Positions 25,844 to 38,840 of a stretch of DNA of 64,000 nt are shown here, in pieces. Source of the DNA: Squalus acanthias (taxonomy: Eukaryota); assembly GCA_030390025.1 (NCBI GenBank), contig CM059432.1, forward strand, positions 99,450,001 to 99,514,000, read 5' to 3'. The notes beneath the pieces are model-generated. The model saw nothing but the letters and a program-made list of their open reading frames with translations. It was not told where the DNA came from and did no database searches. Position 1 is the first letter of the stretch. Every line of letters starts with the position of its first letter. The position numbers and the translations under genes were made by a program.

Positions 25844-28438
25844 CTGGAGCCTGGCAGTCAGAATGAATGGATCAAATTACACATTGCAAAGTACTTGATT
25901 ACTCAGGCAGGCAGGATCTAATTACACATTGCAGACAAACTGCTGGGTGTGTCTTGAACCTCCAAGGAGACCAATCAGAACTTTGGTGGTGGAAAAACAC
26001 ACTTCCGTAAATGCCTTAGTTTTAGTTTCAGCCCTTTGGGATCTGACTCCAGCAGTTGAAAGTGCTCCTTTCCCTCAACATGCTTTTGACCTTTTACAGT
26101 TCTGTAAATATACAATGAACACTGAAAATGGAAATGTCCAAGAAAACTATCCAAGTGGAACGTGATTATTTTTATATTATTTCTGCTCACTAAGGAGAAG
26201 GATGACGGTGTTGGGAAATGAAATCATTTTTTCATCACTTTGCACCCAATAACAGCATAGGTATTTCTAAGCCATATGTAACTTGGGTGAAATGCAATTT
26301 CATAGATATTGACTGTAAGGTACATTTCATCTGCAGAATGAGAACTGCACTTTCCAACAGTAATAGTGTCACTTTCATTTTCCACATGTAATATTTCTGA
26401 GGGATATTCACATTTCTAACAACCAGTGCAAGGTTTGAAGACAGCTTTCTGTGGTGCTTTTGAGTTCCTGGAACCTAATTTATGTGTTCCCAAATTAATT
26501 TCACTTTGTGTTCCATAGCTGTGGAAAGAGGTCAGAGACGTAGACAGAAAATTAAAGGTGGGTTTTCTTTGCTTTAACACCCCATTAGAGCCCATTTTTA
26601 GGTAAATCCCACAAATGTGGGATGCGAGCTTCACTCAGTGAAACTTGTCAGGAGGGTTGGGAGGGAATCTTTCAGATGACATTCCTGTGTTTATTACGCG
26701 CTTGATTCAAGTAGTAGCCAGCGCCTCACACTACATAATGGCAACAAGTAGAGATCCACTCTTATCTTGCCATGTTTTTGGTACAGTTGTTCCTGCATTG
26801 ATAACCTTGGCCATAGTCTCCTAGGGAGGGGCAAAGCCATGGAGGGATTTGAAAACAAGGGTGAGAATTTTAAAATCAAGGCGTTGCTGGACCAGGAAAC
26901 AATGTAGGTCAGCAGGCACAGGGGTGAAGTGTGAACGAGACCTGGTTCGAGTTATGACATGGGCTGCAGAATTTTGGCTGAACTCAAGTTTATGCAGGGT
27001 GCAAGGTGGGAGGCCAGTCAGGGGAGCATTAGAATAGTCAAGTCTAGAGGCAACAAAGGCATGCATGAGAGTTTGAGCAGCAGATGAGCTGAGGCAGGGA
27101 CAGAGATGGCCGATGTTATGGAGATGGAAGTAGGCGGCCTTGGTGATGGAGTGGTATTGTGGTCAGAATCTCATCTCAGGGTCAAATAGGAATCCAAGGT
27201 TGTGAATGGACTGGTTGAGCCTTAGACAGTTGCCATGGAGAGGGCTGGAATCCGAGACTATGGAATGGAGTTGGCTTCGATCTTCCCAATATATAGTTGG
27301 CGGAAATTTTTGCTCATCCAGTACAGAATGTTGGACAAGCAGCATGACAAATCAAAAGCAGTGGAGGGGTCGAGAGAGGTGGTGGTGAGCTAGAGCTGGG
27401 TGTCATCAGCATACATGTGGAACCTGTTGTGTTTTCGGATGATGTTGCTGTGGGGCAGCATGTAGATGAGAAATAGGAGGGGACCAAGGATAAATCCTTG
27501 GGCGACTCCAGAGGTAACGGTGTGGGAGAGGGAAGAGAAACCATTGGAGGTGATTCTTTGGCTACGACTGGCTAGATAGGATTGGAACCAGGCGAGGGCA
27601 GTCCCACCCAGCTGGACGATGGAGGAGGAGGCATTGGACGAGGATGGTGCGGTTAACCGTGTCAAACGCTGCAGACAGGTCAAGAAGGATGAGGAAGGAT
27701 AGTTTTCCAGGGTCACAGACATATAGGATGTCAATTGTGACTTCGATCAAGGTCATTTCAGTGCTGTGGCAGGGATGGAAACCTGATTGGAGGGATTCAA
27801 ACACGGAGTTGGGGGAAAGGTAGGCATGGATTTGGGAAGCAATAACATGTTCAAGGCCTTTGGACAGGAAAGGATGGTTAGAGATGGGACAGTAGTTTAC
27901 AAGGACAGTGGGGTCAAGGGTAGAATTGTTGAGGAGGGGCTGATGACGGCAGATTTGAAGGAGAAGAGGCCAGTATGTGAGTAAAGGGGACCATTAAAAC
28001 TATAAGCTAACATGGTATCTAGGAAGGGAAGTTGGATGGTCAGCATTTTAGAGAGGATAGAGTTGAAGGACTAGGAAGTGGGTCTCATGGACAACATGAG
28101 CTCGGAGAGGGCAAGAGAGGAGATAGGAGAGAAACTAGAGAAAGATGCGAGTTCAGGGCTAGGGCGGGGGAACCTTAGGGGAAGATTGACTTGTGGGCAT
28201 GGGGAAGAGAGGGAAGTGGCGGATGCAGCTGAACAGAAGCTCTCAATCTTAGTGACAAAGAAGACCATGAGCTTCTCGCACTTGTTGATGGAGGTGGGGG
28301 TGGAGGAGACAGGGGAGAGGGGTTTAAGAAGACGGTTTGAAGTAGAGAAAAGAAGCCGGGGGGTTATCTTTGCATTCCAGAATGATTCTGGAATAGTGAG
28401 CAGTTTTGGCAGACGAGAGGAGGACCTGATAATGCTTT

Positions 28439-30866
28439 ATAAGAACATAAGAACATAAGAAATAGGAGCAGGAGTAGGCGATACGGCCCCTCGAGCCTGC
28501 TCTGCCATTCAATAAAATCATGGCTGATCATTGACCTCGACTCCACTTTCCTGCCCGATCTCCATATCCCTTGATTCCCCTAGAGTCCAAAAATCTATCT
28601 ATCTCAGCCTTGAATATACTCAAAGACTCAGTATCCACAGCCCTCTGGGGCAGAGAATTCCAAAGATTTACAACCCTCTGAGTGAAGACATTCCTCCTCA
28701 TCTCGGTCTTAAATGGCCTACCCCTTATCCTGAGACTATGGGCTGGATTTTGAAGTTGGAGTCGTGTTGGGGTTGGCAATCACACATTCTGACTTGTGAA
28801 CCCGCCTCCATCGAGATGTGGCCAACCCACTGTATTTTCCCTTGATTGACCTTGTTGAGCCCACACAGTGGGCTCAGCAGGCCAATTAAGGGCCACCCGG
28901 CAACAGGTAACGTCACAGACTGACATTTCATCTGTCAAGAGCTTTTGACAGATGAAATATCAGCGTTTGACAGCTCTGTGAAGCTGTCAAACACTCACAG
29001 TATGATTTCTAACTTCAGTCCTTCCTTTCAGGCTGAGTTAGAAATCATTCCAGCACAGAAAACAGAAGGCTGCTGTTTCTGACAGGTCCACGGCTTTCCT
29101 GCTTTCTGTGCCGGTGAGATTTCTAACTCCCGAGAACTGAAGGGCTGACACCTGCAGGAGGAAGTTAAGGTAAGTAAAACGTTTTCCAACACTTAGCACT
29201 TACCTTACACACTTACCTCTGCACACATGCACCTGCCCACCTGACATATCGACCCCTCCAACCCCTGCAGACCCACGGCCCGCCCCGATAACTTAGAGTG
29301 GTTGTCACCTGTCGGGAAGCCCACACTTTTCTTTTGAAAATAGGGATTATGCAAAAAACTGCCTGTTAACTACCTGTTAACAGGCAGTTAATTTGCACTA
29401 ATCCCTTCCCGCCTCGGGGAGTCGGGTCTCAGACCAGGTCGGGTACCCGCCGCCAGAGAAACTGGTATGGAGGCGGGTTGGAGTCGGGATGGGGTCGGGA
29501 CCCCCGAATCTGCAACTTTAACCCCCCCCCCCCCGCCTCCAAACCCGACTCCACGGGCCATTGAAAATCCAGCCCGATGCCTCTAGACATTCCGGCTAGG
29601 GGAAACAACCTCTCAGCATCTACTCTGTCAATCCCCTTCAGAATCTTGTATGTTTCAATGAGATCACCTCTCATTCTTCTAAACTCCAGAGAATATAAGC
29701 CCATTCTACACAATCTCTCATCATAGGACAGCCCTCTAATCCCAGGAATCAATCTGGTGAACCTTTTTTGCACCGCCTCCAAGGCAAGTATATCCTTCCT
29801 TAGATAAGGAGACCAAAACTGTGCACAGTACTCCAGGTGTGGTCTCACCAAGGCCCTGTACAATTGTAGCAAGACTTCCTTACTCTTATACTCCAACCCC
29901 CTTGCAATAAAGGCCAACATGCCATTTGCCTTCCTTATTGCTTGCTGTACCTGCATGCTAGCTTTCTGTGTTTCTTGCACAAGGACACCCAAATCTCTCT
30001 GAACACCAACATTTAAAAGTTTCTCACCATTTCAAAATTATTCTGTTTTTCTATTCTTCCTACCAAAGTGAATAACCTCACATTTCCCTACATTATACTT
30101 TATCTGCCACTTCACTTAGTCTATCTATATTACTTTGCAGACTCTTGTTTTCTCCTCACAGCTTGCTGTTCCACCTAGCTTTGTATCATCAGCAAACTTG
30201 GATACATTACAATCGGTCCCTTCTTCTAAGTCATTAATATAGATTGTAAATAGCTGAGGCCCAAGCACTGATCATTGTGGCACCCCACTAGTTAAAGCTT
30301 GCCAACCTGAAAATGACCCGTTTTTCCCTACTCTCTGTTCTCTGTCTGTTAACCAATCCTGTAGCCATGCTAATATATTTCCCCCAACCCCATGAGCCCT
30401 TATCTTAAATGACAACCTTTTATGTGGCACCTTATCGAATGCCTTTTGAAAGTCCAAATATACTGCATCCATTGGTTCCCCTTTATCTACCCTATTAGTT
30501 ACATCCTCAAAAAACTCTAATAAATTTGTCAAAAACGATTTCCTTTCAGAAAACCATGTTGACTCTGCCTTATCATATTATGATTTTCTAAGTGCCCTGT
30601 TGCCACTTCCTTACTTATGGATTCCAGCATTTTCCCAATGACTGATGTCAGGCTAACTGGCCTGTAGTTCCCTGTTTTCTCTCTCCCTCCTTTCTTGAAT
30701 AGTGGTGTTACATTTGCTACCTTCCAATCCGCTGGGACCGTTCCAGAATCTCGGGAATTTTGGAAGACCAAAACCAATGCATCCACTATCTCTGCAGCCA
30801 CCTCTTTCAGAACCCTAGGTTTTAGGCCATCAGGTCCAGGAGATTTGTCGGCTTTTAGTCCCATTA
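28439..30866 (-). mobile_element. 5'-truncated CR1 LINE inserted in L2
   Basis: KSPGPDG, NYRPVSLTS, YLDFQKAFDKVPH, LVRPHLEYCAQFWSP; tail (aagaacat)n at ~28439-28460. Confidence 0.92.
28740..29575. mobile_element. Harbinger-type MITE inserted in CR1
   Basis: TIRs gggctggattttgaa / ttgaaaatccagccc (14/15 match), TAT/GAT flanks, internal hairpin at 28921-28961. Confidence 0.82.
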
Positions 30867-31139
30867 GTGGTCTAGACAGATCTGGCGATGAATGACTAAA
30901 CTAGATGCCCTCTATATACATTCAGTCTGTGTCCCTTGGACATAAGGGAGCGGAGATGAGGGCCATGCCAGGGGGAATGGCCAGGGTGATAGAGAGTAAT
31001 GGATTTAATGGAGACAAGGGCATCAAAGGTGGAGGTGAGGGTATGATTGAGCAGATGGAGGGCCAAAGGCTAGACAGTTGGGAATTTGAAAGTGCCTTTG
31101 TAAATGACCTGGGGGAGAGTTTTTCCAGGGGAAGTCATT

Positions 31140-31603
31140 AGTTTGATTCCTGAGATGAAGGGGTTGTCTTATGAAGAAAGGTTGAGCAGGTTGGGCCTAT
31201 ACTCATTGGAGTTTAGAAGAATGAGAGGTGATCTTATTGAAACGTATAAGGGGGCTTGACAGGGTAGATGCAGAGAGGATGTTTCCCCTCGTGGGGGAAT
31301 CTAGAAATAGGAGGCATAGTTTCAAAATAAGGGGTTGCCCATTTAAAACGGAGATGAGAAGGAATTTCTACTCTCAGAGGGTCGTGTATCTTTGGAATTC
31401 TCTACCCCAGAGAGCTGTGGAGGCTGGGTCATTGAATATATTTAAGGTGGAGATAGACAGATTTTTGAATGATAAGGGAGTCAAGGGTTATGGTGAGCGG
31501 GCAGGAAAGTGGAGTTAAGGCCAAGACCAGATCTTATTGAATGGCGGAGCAGGCTCGAGGGGCCAAATGGCCTACTCCTGCTCCTATTTCTTATGTTCTA
31601 ATG
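31140..31603 (+). mobile_element. Short CR1 3' fragment inserted in L2
   Basis: YEERLSRLGLYSLEFRRMRGDL...RRNFYSQRVVYLWNSLP; CR1 tail. Confidence 0.88.
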
Positions 31604-34600
31604 TTAGACACAGAAGGAAGTGTAGTTGGGAGTGGGAAGGGGGATGTGAGTGGAGAGAGATACAAGGAAGTGATCAGAGATGGCCTTATCTGTGATTGAC
31701 ATGATGGGAGTAGAGAGGCTATGTGAGATGGCAAGGTCAAAGGGGTGGTCGTGAATATGGGTAGGGAAGTTTATATCAAGGGAGAGATTAAGGGACGATA
31801 AGAGGGCAAGTGAATTCAGAGGAAAGAGGGCATGATGAGTTGAGATCACTGAGGATGTGCAGAAGTTTAGGGAGGAAAGCAGTGAAGGTATCTCGGTTAG
31901 AATCTTGCCGTGGTACTTGGATGGACAGTAGAGAACGAGGCGAGAAGGGTGAAACAATGTGAGATACTTAAAGGAGGAGAAGGTGCCAGAGGAGTAGACC
32001 AAAATGTGATTTGGTTATAAGGGCCACACCGTCACCGTGGCAGTCTGGACGAGACAAATAGTGGAAGAGATAGCCAGGCAGGGAGGCTTTATTAAGGGGG
32101 AAGGTGTCATTACCCGTTAGCCAAGTTTTGGTCAAGGCTATGATGTTGATGCAATCATCCACAATAAGCTCATGGATGGCAAGAGCCTTGTTCACAAGTG
32201 AACAGACATTATGGAGGGATATGCGGAGAGGGGCGGTGATAGCTGATTCGCTGGCAGAGTCTACAGGGTCAGCACTGGGAGGAGTGAATGAGACGGGAGG
32301 GAGGTTGGCAAGATTAACCTCCAGTGGGCGTGCTGGGTGAGAAGGTAGGTGAGAGAGAGGGATAGAGCAGTTGGGGTTGCTGCTTGTTAGGAGGCAGCAA
32401 TGATTGCCTCAATAGGTCCTTGGGAGGATGCCAAGAGAGGCACAGAGGGAAGCTGTAGGCTTATCTAAGAGGGAATCAAGCCTGCAACGGCAGCAGGAAA
32501 GTAGGAGAGTCGAGGAGTGGTGAAGATTTGGAGTAGGAATTTGGGGGGGCAGAGTACCCAAGAGGGGAGAAATAAAAGGAGGCACGATGACAGGAGTTGG
32601 GCCTTGGAGAGGTAAACAGAAAAGAAGAGAAAAAGTGAAACAGAAGTAATGAGCTCAAGTCCGGGGCAGCAGCCAAAACACAGACGCAAATGGATACAGT
32701 GAAACTCAAGTTACATGGGCATGGTTACATAGCTGGATTAGAATAGATATATCCTGGTAATAAACGTGGTGGGGCGAAATTGATGTAGATAGAGTGGAGT
32801 CAGCTTGTAGCATTGGCGAACTAATGTCTAGGTTCGGAGATAGGTGTGGAGGGTGAGTAAATCCAAAAGCTATTTGAAGGGTAGAGCATCAGAGGACGCA
32901 CTGATGGAGATATTTCTGTGGAAATGAATAGCCAGGAGGTGTGCAGAATCAATCATGGGGCAGAGAAACGTTGGCGAAGTTGGAGGTTGCTATAAGATGG
33001 TGAAGTGGAGGAGAAAAGGACTTCGGCCCAGGAGAGTGAATTTCTGGCGAGGCCTGAGTAGCAAAATAAAGCTGAAAAAACAGTAGGACCAGTAGGACAG
33101 TCATAAGCTCAGCAGGTACTAGCAGCAGTGGGGGATGGGTTTTAAGATAGACAAAGTTACCTTAAAACAAAAGCAACTGAATAGCAGATTAGAGTCACAG
33201 AGCAGAGCCGTACAGTGCAATCCAGTGGAGTAGTGTAGTCTTGACAACAGAGAAACTAAATTTGAGCAAAGTTCCAGTGCTCATTGATGATAACAAAGAG
33301 CAAGCATGGTCATGACATGGACAGTGAGCCCAGGTAACATTAAACTTGGAGCTTGAATTTGTAATTTGTGCCTCAATGTACCCATTATTACAGCCAGGGG
33401 AGCTTAAACAGTGGAAGAGAGGAGATTGGGGGAGAAAGGGCAAAAGATGGCCAAGGATAGAGTTGCACAGCAAAGGAGCTCCCTCGGGAGCTGCCAGGCC
33501 AGGAGCCATCTTGGAAAGTATCCTCCTGCAGAAGTAAACTCCAGGCTCTTATCATTAAAAAAGGGTCCTCGAATGTACAATTCCAGTCTGGATGTCATTC
33601 TTAGCAGCAGATAAAAATATATTAGCTGACGCATTCAAAAAAATTCCTACAGACATCCAAAAACAAAAACTCCACCAATAATACATTCAAGCCAGCAACC
33701 TCACAGCAGGCCTTCAATGCCTAATTGTTTGCTAACACTTGGTTCCAGGTTAAGTGAACTTCACCTCTTTTACCCCAGTGCTACTGCTCCCTAAGAAAAT
33801 CCACCCTATAATCTCTTCTTATCTCTGGTTGCATATGTTTAGACAGAAATTGCCTTTGATAAATATTGCATGGTGTTAAAAATTAAACAATATAAGCTTA
33901 GAAATTACGGTGTAAAGATTCTGTGAACTGGTGCTGTCTGTACTGAAAGGAGTAGACTATTGGGAATAGTTAAGCTATTTAAAAAATGTGGTTTCAGGCA
34001 AAGCCACAACTAACCTATTGTAATAAAGTTGCAAAGACAACCACTAATCAAATGAAATGTAGGCTTGCACAGTATGCCATTAATATTGACTCAAACTTGA
34101 CACAGCACATCTATTAATGTCATATTTGCAAACTTAACATTAGAAGATATTGGGGTAAATTTTCGGCTTCAGCACATGATGGGAATGTCGTAGAGCAGTT
34201 CGCATGTCCATTACAGAATCAGCTCAATTTTCATTCCAGTGCGTAACATTTTTGTATCTCATGTCGCCTTTGGTTCTTAATAATTTTGGAAACCTGAGCA
34301 GATCCCTTCCACATTTATGCTTCTCCAACAAATCCAAGGCAAGAAGTCTATCTCCATAGTTCAAAAATCAAAAATATTTTCTGCAGTTTTCCTTTGGATG
34401 GCTGACACCTGTCATTCAGAAGTTAGAACAGGGGATCCCTAATAATCTTATATTTGCAGGGAGACCTCCACATTGAAAAGTTTGAAAACCACTGTGGTGT
34501 GTGCACTTTGTCCCCTATAATCCAGAAGTTGTACCTTCCCGATACCCTTTCCTTGCAGAGAAGTTAATAATTACTCCACTTACAGCAAACCGTTTATTGG

Positions 34601-35159
34601 ATCTAACATGTCTTGCATCATGCTATGCAGCTCTTTTCAAAAGGAAGATACAATGGTAGCCACTTAAGCAAGACATAGATAAATGATATTTCTGCTTTAT
34701 AGGGATTACTCACTATGAAGTAATTTCCTCAATGATTTCCTTTGGACTGGCCCACTTGTTCAACAGGATGTCCAAATACCATCCATCTGGTTAGGCAGGA
34801 TGGAGAACACAACTGAAGCCATTTAAACAGGACATAGATAAGCAAGATATTTGCATTATAGTGATGACCCACTGAAAAATGATTTCCCTCAATCATTTCC
34901 AACAGACTAACCCACTGGTTTAGCAAGATAGCCAAATTCCATCCAATTGGTTGGGTAGGATGTCTGCTATTAACAGATCTCACAATTGGCTGGCTGATTC
35001 ATGAAGACATGCAAACAGAATGGTCAACTGTTAGACTTATCATGCTTGACTATTCTCCCCAGCCTACCAGCTTTTCAGTCAGCTATGAGACTGAACTGTT
35101 TTTGTGCAGTTAAGTGAAATACTGATCAGCCGGGGACGATAGATGTCACTTTGGAAAGT

Positions 35160-35544
35160 TTTTTTAATCCATTCACAGGATGTGGGTGTCGCTGGCAAGG
35201 CCAGCATTTATTGCCCTCCCCTAATTGCCCTTGAGAAGGCGTTGGTGAGCTGCCTTCTTGACAACTGAGTGGTTTGTTAGGCCATTTCAGAGGGGCAGTC
35301 TGACAAGGTAAGAGATGGCAGAGTTTCCTTCCCTAAAGGACAGTAGTGAACCAGATTGATTTTATATGACAATCCAGTAGTTTCACAGTCACCATTACTG
35401 ATACAACCTTTTAATTCAAGATTTATTTAATTAACTGAATTTAAATTCCCCAGCTCCCATGGTGGGATTATGAACTCATGTCTGCGGATCATTAGTCCAG
35501 GCCTCTAAATTACTAGTCCAGTAACATAACCACTATGCCACCAT
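35160..35544 (-). mobile_element. tRNA-derived SINE with LINE-derived tail
   Basis: Minus-strand A-box-like tggcatagtgg and B-box-like gagttcataatcc. The 3' end matches the LINE tail at ~12686-12756 and finishes in an A-run. Confidence 0.7.
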
Positions 35545-35659
35545 TCATGTGACGAACTCATAGTACCCCCTGCTTTTATGTAGGTGCAAGTAGTGAAACT
35601 TGAGATCCTGAAACTCCACAGGGGTTCTCCCGGTCTTCTGCTGTAACATTGCCAGGACA

Positions 35660-36090
35660 CAATAGCAAAATACTGCAGATGCTGGAAATCTGAAATAACA
35701 ACAGAAAATGCTGGAAATACTCAGCAGGTCAGGCAGCATCGTGGAGAGAGAAACAGAGTTAACGTTTCAGGTCGATGACCCTTCGTCAGAACTGGAAAAA
35801 GTTGGAGATGTAACAGGTTTTTAAGCAAGTGTAGGGGCGGGAAAAGGGGGAGGGGAGGAAAGAACAAAAGGGAAGGTCTGTGATAGGGTGGGAGGCAGGA
35901 GAGATTAAAAGACAAAAGGGATAATGGTGCAAGGCAAAAAGAGATGGTAATGGGATAAGTTAAGAAACAAAAGATGGCTCTAGATGGGGTGTAAATGGCA
36001 ATGGCAGAATCATCAACAGCTGCCATTGAGAGAAAAAAAAGAGAAAAAGGAAAATAAAAAGGAAAAATAACAAAAATAAATAGGGGCCGA
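35660..36090 (-). mobile_element. Penelope-like element 3' end (pseudo-LTR)
   Basis: Homologous to the tail downstream of GIY-YIG at 40095-40500. Confidence 0.8.
35757..35793 (-). ncRNA. Minimal type I hammerhead ribozyme motif (Penelope-associated)
   Basis: Minus strand agtt-CTGACGA-agggtc atc gacct-GAAACGTT-aact: stem I agtt/aact, CUGANGA core, stem II, GAAA and palindromic ACGT stem III. Confidence 0.7.
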
Positions 36091-37630
36091 GGTTGGCAGG
36101 ACACTGTTGGATCAAATGACGTCATTATGATGCCAACGCCATGTTCAAAGCTCAACACCTGACTATTGTCACATTCTGTTCCTCCCCACCAACCATGGGT
36201 GCTACAAGTCCTGAGGCAGCCATTTCAAATGCTGTTTAAAGGGATCCTCAGCTCTTCTCACTTAAGCTGTATGGAGTTTTGGAGAGTTTTTTGAAGTAGT
36301 TTGTTTTTTAGCATAGAGGATATGCAAGTACTTGTAGAGACAATTGTAGGTTCTGACCTGTTAAAGGGTATCTGGCATTGCAGTTGTTTTGTGATGGGGG
36401 TTCTTTCTAGGAATCCAGGAGCAAGGAACAAAAACAGATGCATTTGATAGGGAAAGCAAGTAGAAGTAGAGATGCCTGGAAGAATCCGTACCCTCCCAAC
36501 AGAGTTCATAGGCCCAGAGCAACATACCTGCAGTTCTCTGCGGAACACTGCATAAGGAGGTATTGATTCTCCACAGTTGAGTAACATCCAGCAAGAAGAC
36601 CAAGCAGCCAACTGCTACAGATAGCACAGTATTGGTAGTTGCGATCAAGGTCACTGCAGTCCTGAACTTCTTTGCCTCTGGCTCCTTCCAGGCGGCCACG
36701 AGGAATATCAGCAACCTCATCAGTCATTCTACAGTCTATGCTTGTATTAAATAGGTGACTGATGATTTGTTTGCTGAAGCCAACACATTCATCACTTTCC
36801 CAGCAGTTTCTGTGCTGGCGCTTGGCAGAGTAAGAGGTGCATTGTCATCAAGATTTTCATCAGCAGCCTGTCTGTAACTAGTGACTGAGTCTTCTGATTG
36901 AAAAAGAGGAAAGGGACAAGGTTTAAAATGTGGTTCAGAGAGCAAGCAATAGCAAATCAGTGGCAGTGCAATACAACAACAGGTTGTCATGTTCAGGAGG
37001 TTAGTGAGTGTTAGACTGAAAGAGTTGAGTCAAAAGAGAAGAGGAATGGAAGATGCCAACAAACCCTGGTGTGATAGGCCTTCAGCATCACCATCTCCAA
37101 TGCTGACTGCCATGTCACTGGTGTTCTCTTCCATAGATGTGAGTGTTTGCAGTATGGCAAACATCCTCCTGTGCCGGTTGTCTGTTTCTCCTGCAAGAAG
37201 AGTGGAAGTGAGTTAATACTTGCCCTGGGCAAGGGCTATCAACCCCTTTCATGTATGAGCCAGCTTACCACAGTGTGTATGATGACAGAAAGAAGTAGCA
37301 AGCGTGGCCAAGAGGGAGAAGTGATTGTGAGGACAATAGCAGCTTTGAGGGTGTGAGTCCAAGCAGAAGGGAGGTGCAGTGAAGTCTTCCCTGCTGACTT
37401 ACGGACAGGCATTGCAAATGGGGAAGGGAAGGATTGCTGCCCTGCTTTGGCCACAAGGAATACACCTCCCATTTGCACTCCTGTGGGCCCCTAAGAACTT
37501 GCAGCAATGTCCGATTTCCTGCTACCTAATTGGCAAGCTGCCTATTAGGAGCACATTTTATGCCGCAGTTTGCCTCAACCATGCAAATTAGGGGCAATTC
37601 GAAATTGGGTTGGATTGCCCGCCAGGTCCT
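36090..37630. pseudogene. Degenerate Harbinger remnant
   Basis: Plus-strand VAIKVTAVLNFFASGSFQAA (~36635-36697) matches transposase VAVKVTVALNFYATGSFQAA. Boundaries approximate. Confidence 0.6.
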
Positions 37631-38840
37631 CTGGGCAACTGTTGCTCTTGCTCTGCACACGTCATGCCGGTTTTCTGCTGGGTGACCCAAATAAATGCCA
37701 CTATCTCCCCACCTGCAACGGTTGCTCTGCTGCTGCTGGCTGTTATGCAACATATTACCGCTCTTCTGTGGCTTGCTCATTTTCCAAATCTATGGTAAGA
37801 TGGATATGGATAGCAATATTGTACAATATTCAGAAAATCTTGCAGACCTTCTATGGGAAACATTGTAAGCCCCTATCCTCCCTTAACAGCTCAAGCATCC
37901 AAAGCTTTAAATTCAAAATATCTACACAGTGCACCCTTATGCCTCACTGCAGCTGTTCACTGCTTGTATAAGGAGTTTGTGCAAATATATCATCAATTAT
38001 GATTGCAGCACAGAGCCTACTTCTCTGAGGAGCTAGACCTCCATTGTTCCTTCGTTTTTAACAGGCTGTGGCATGCTGGAAAACATTATAACACAGATAC
38101 TCCCTCACTCCCAGCACACACCATGCGCCGGATAGACACAACATCTGTGAGGTGTGCGGCATCTGTGAAGGCTACACGTCACCCAGATTTTCTGCCCTGG
38201 GGGATTATCTGCCTGCGCAGGCCCATCCCCCCAAAAGGGCCTTGTGCTGGGAACAGGTCAGAAACACGACCACAGCTATTGGCCTCGGTTCCTTTTGGAT
38301 GCTTCTGGAGATCCTGCTGAAACAACAAAAAGAATAACTTGTCATCAGTTTCCTTTTTAGGGTTGCCCCCAAACCACTGAAAGTCCACCACCAGCATTTT
38401 GTGCTGCTCCTGCATTTGGGCACCACATGGATGGATTTACAGAAAAATAGATGAGGGGTGCAGGAACGTTCTCTCCTGCATTCATTAGCATCAGCTTCCT
38501 GGGACTGTACCAATTGGAGGTACAGGATAGTTATGCCCACATAGATAAGGCCTGGAAAGCCAGGGCATCGTAGTGTGGGTAGAGGCCTGACATGACAGGT
38601 CTTTGCCCCCTTTTCGGCATCCGGGAATTGAATGTGCTTTCCCTGGGAAGCATGGATTGAGATGAGAGTCTAAATTTTGCTTGGCCCATCAGAAACCTCC
38701 AGCATGTCATTAATATGTAGGATGGGTTAATGGCCAGAACACATTGAAACCCTGCAAGTTTTCCTTGATCAGCTAGCACTCTTCCATCACAGCCTTTCTG
38801 TTGAAACTGAGTCGACTCAGGAATTGCTCTTCAACCATGT

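Larger units (their letters stand above)
26822..33200 (-). mobile_element. Degenerate long L2 LINE hosting nested CR1s and a MITE (5' boundary approximate)
   Basis: HAFVASRLDYSN, HMYADDTQL, LLDLSAAFDTVN, QSGF (RT); IIALTKTWL and ISDHFLV (APE, ~31600-32200). Confidence 0.8.
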
